Source: a bacterium (GTDB lineage: Bacteria; Zhuqueibacterota; Zhuqueibacteria; Zhuqueibacterales; Zhuqueibacteraceae). Taken from it: a stretch of DNA of 24,499 bases. The stretch lies in the NCBI GenBank assembly GCA_044869275.1, contig JBIOXB010000074.1, forward strand, positions 1 through 24,499. Reading direction: 5' to 3'. Below are positions 24,408-24,499 of this stretch, one piece after another. Positions within the stretch are counted from its first letter, which is position 1. Each line of letters begins with the position of its first letter. Below the pieces are notes generated by a model that did no database searches, was not told where the DNA came from, and saw only the letters and a program-made list of their open reading frames with translations. A program made the translations under genes and the position numbers.

Positions 24408-24499
24408 GCATAGAGATTTGCAAATTTGAGGTTTAGTTAAGCCTTTTCTTGAGATGTCATTTCGTTAAGTTCGATTTTGTAACCCAACCGTTCTAACGC

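Noticed and set aside
24129..24436. Short ORFs after the last lyase gene
   Set aside because: They are 63-74 aa, run through a REP doublet, and show no RBS or motif support.

Overview
This is a roughly 24.5 kb divergently transcribed carbohydrate-utilisation locus from a diderm bacterium. The gene style suggests the FCB group, for example candidate division KSB1 or Calditrichota/Ignavibacteria; that assignment is inference only. The minus-strand arm (11735 to 171) encodes a sodium:solute symporter, a class I aldolase, a Gfo/Idh/MocA oxidoreductase, a D-lyxose/D-mannose-type cupin isomerase, a DUF4432 aldose-1-epimerase-like protein, a GH32/GH43-like beta-propeller hydrolase and a 1265-aa multidomain heparinase II/III (PL17-like) protein. 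The plus-strand arm (12410 to 24189) encodes a TonB-dependent receptor, a large exported protein with a T9SS-CTD/FlgD-like C-terminus, a PorV/PorQ-family barrel and two more heparinase II/III-family proteins (one Sec, one Tat). No SusD, sugar kinase, Kdu/Kdg enzyme or regulator is visible in the window. Nearly every intergenic junction holds a palindromic repeat element: hairpins built from 7-, 8- or 9-mer tandem repeats, and a TGTCAT...ATGACA REP-like doublet family. Two of the REP copies carry the same 118-bp MITE, inserted at the identical nucleotide and orientation with a 3-bp target duplication.
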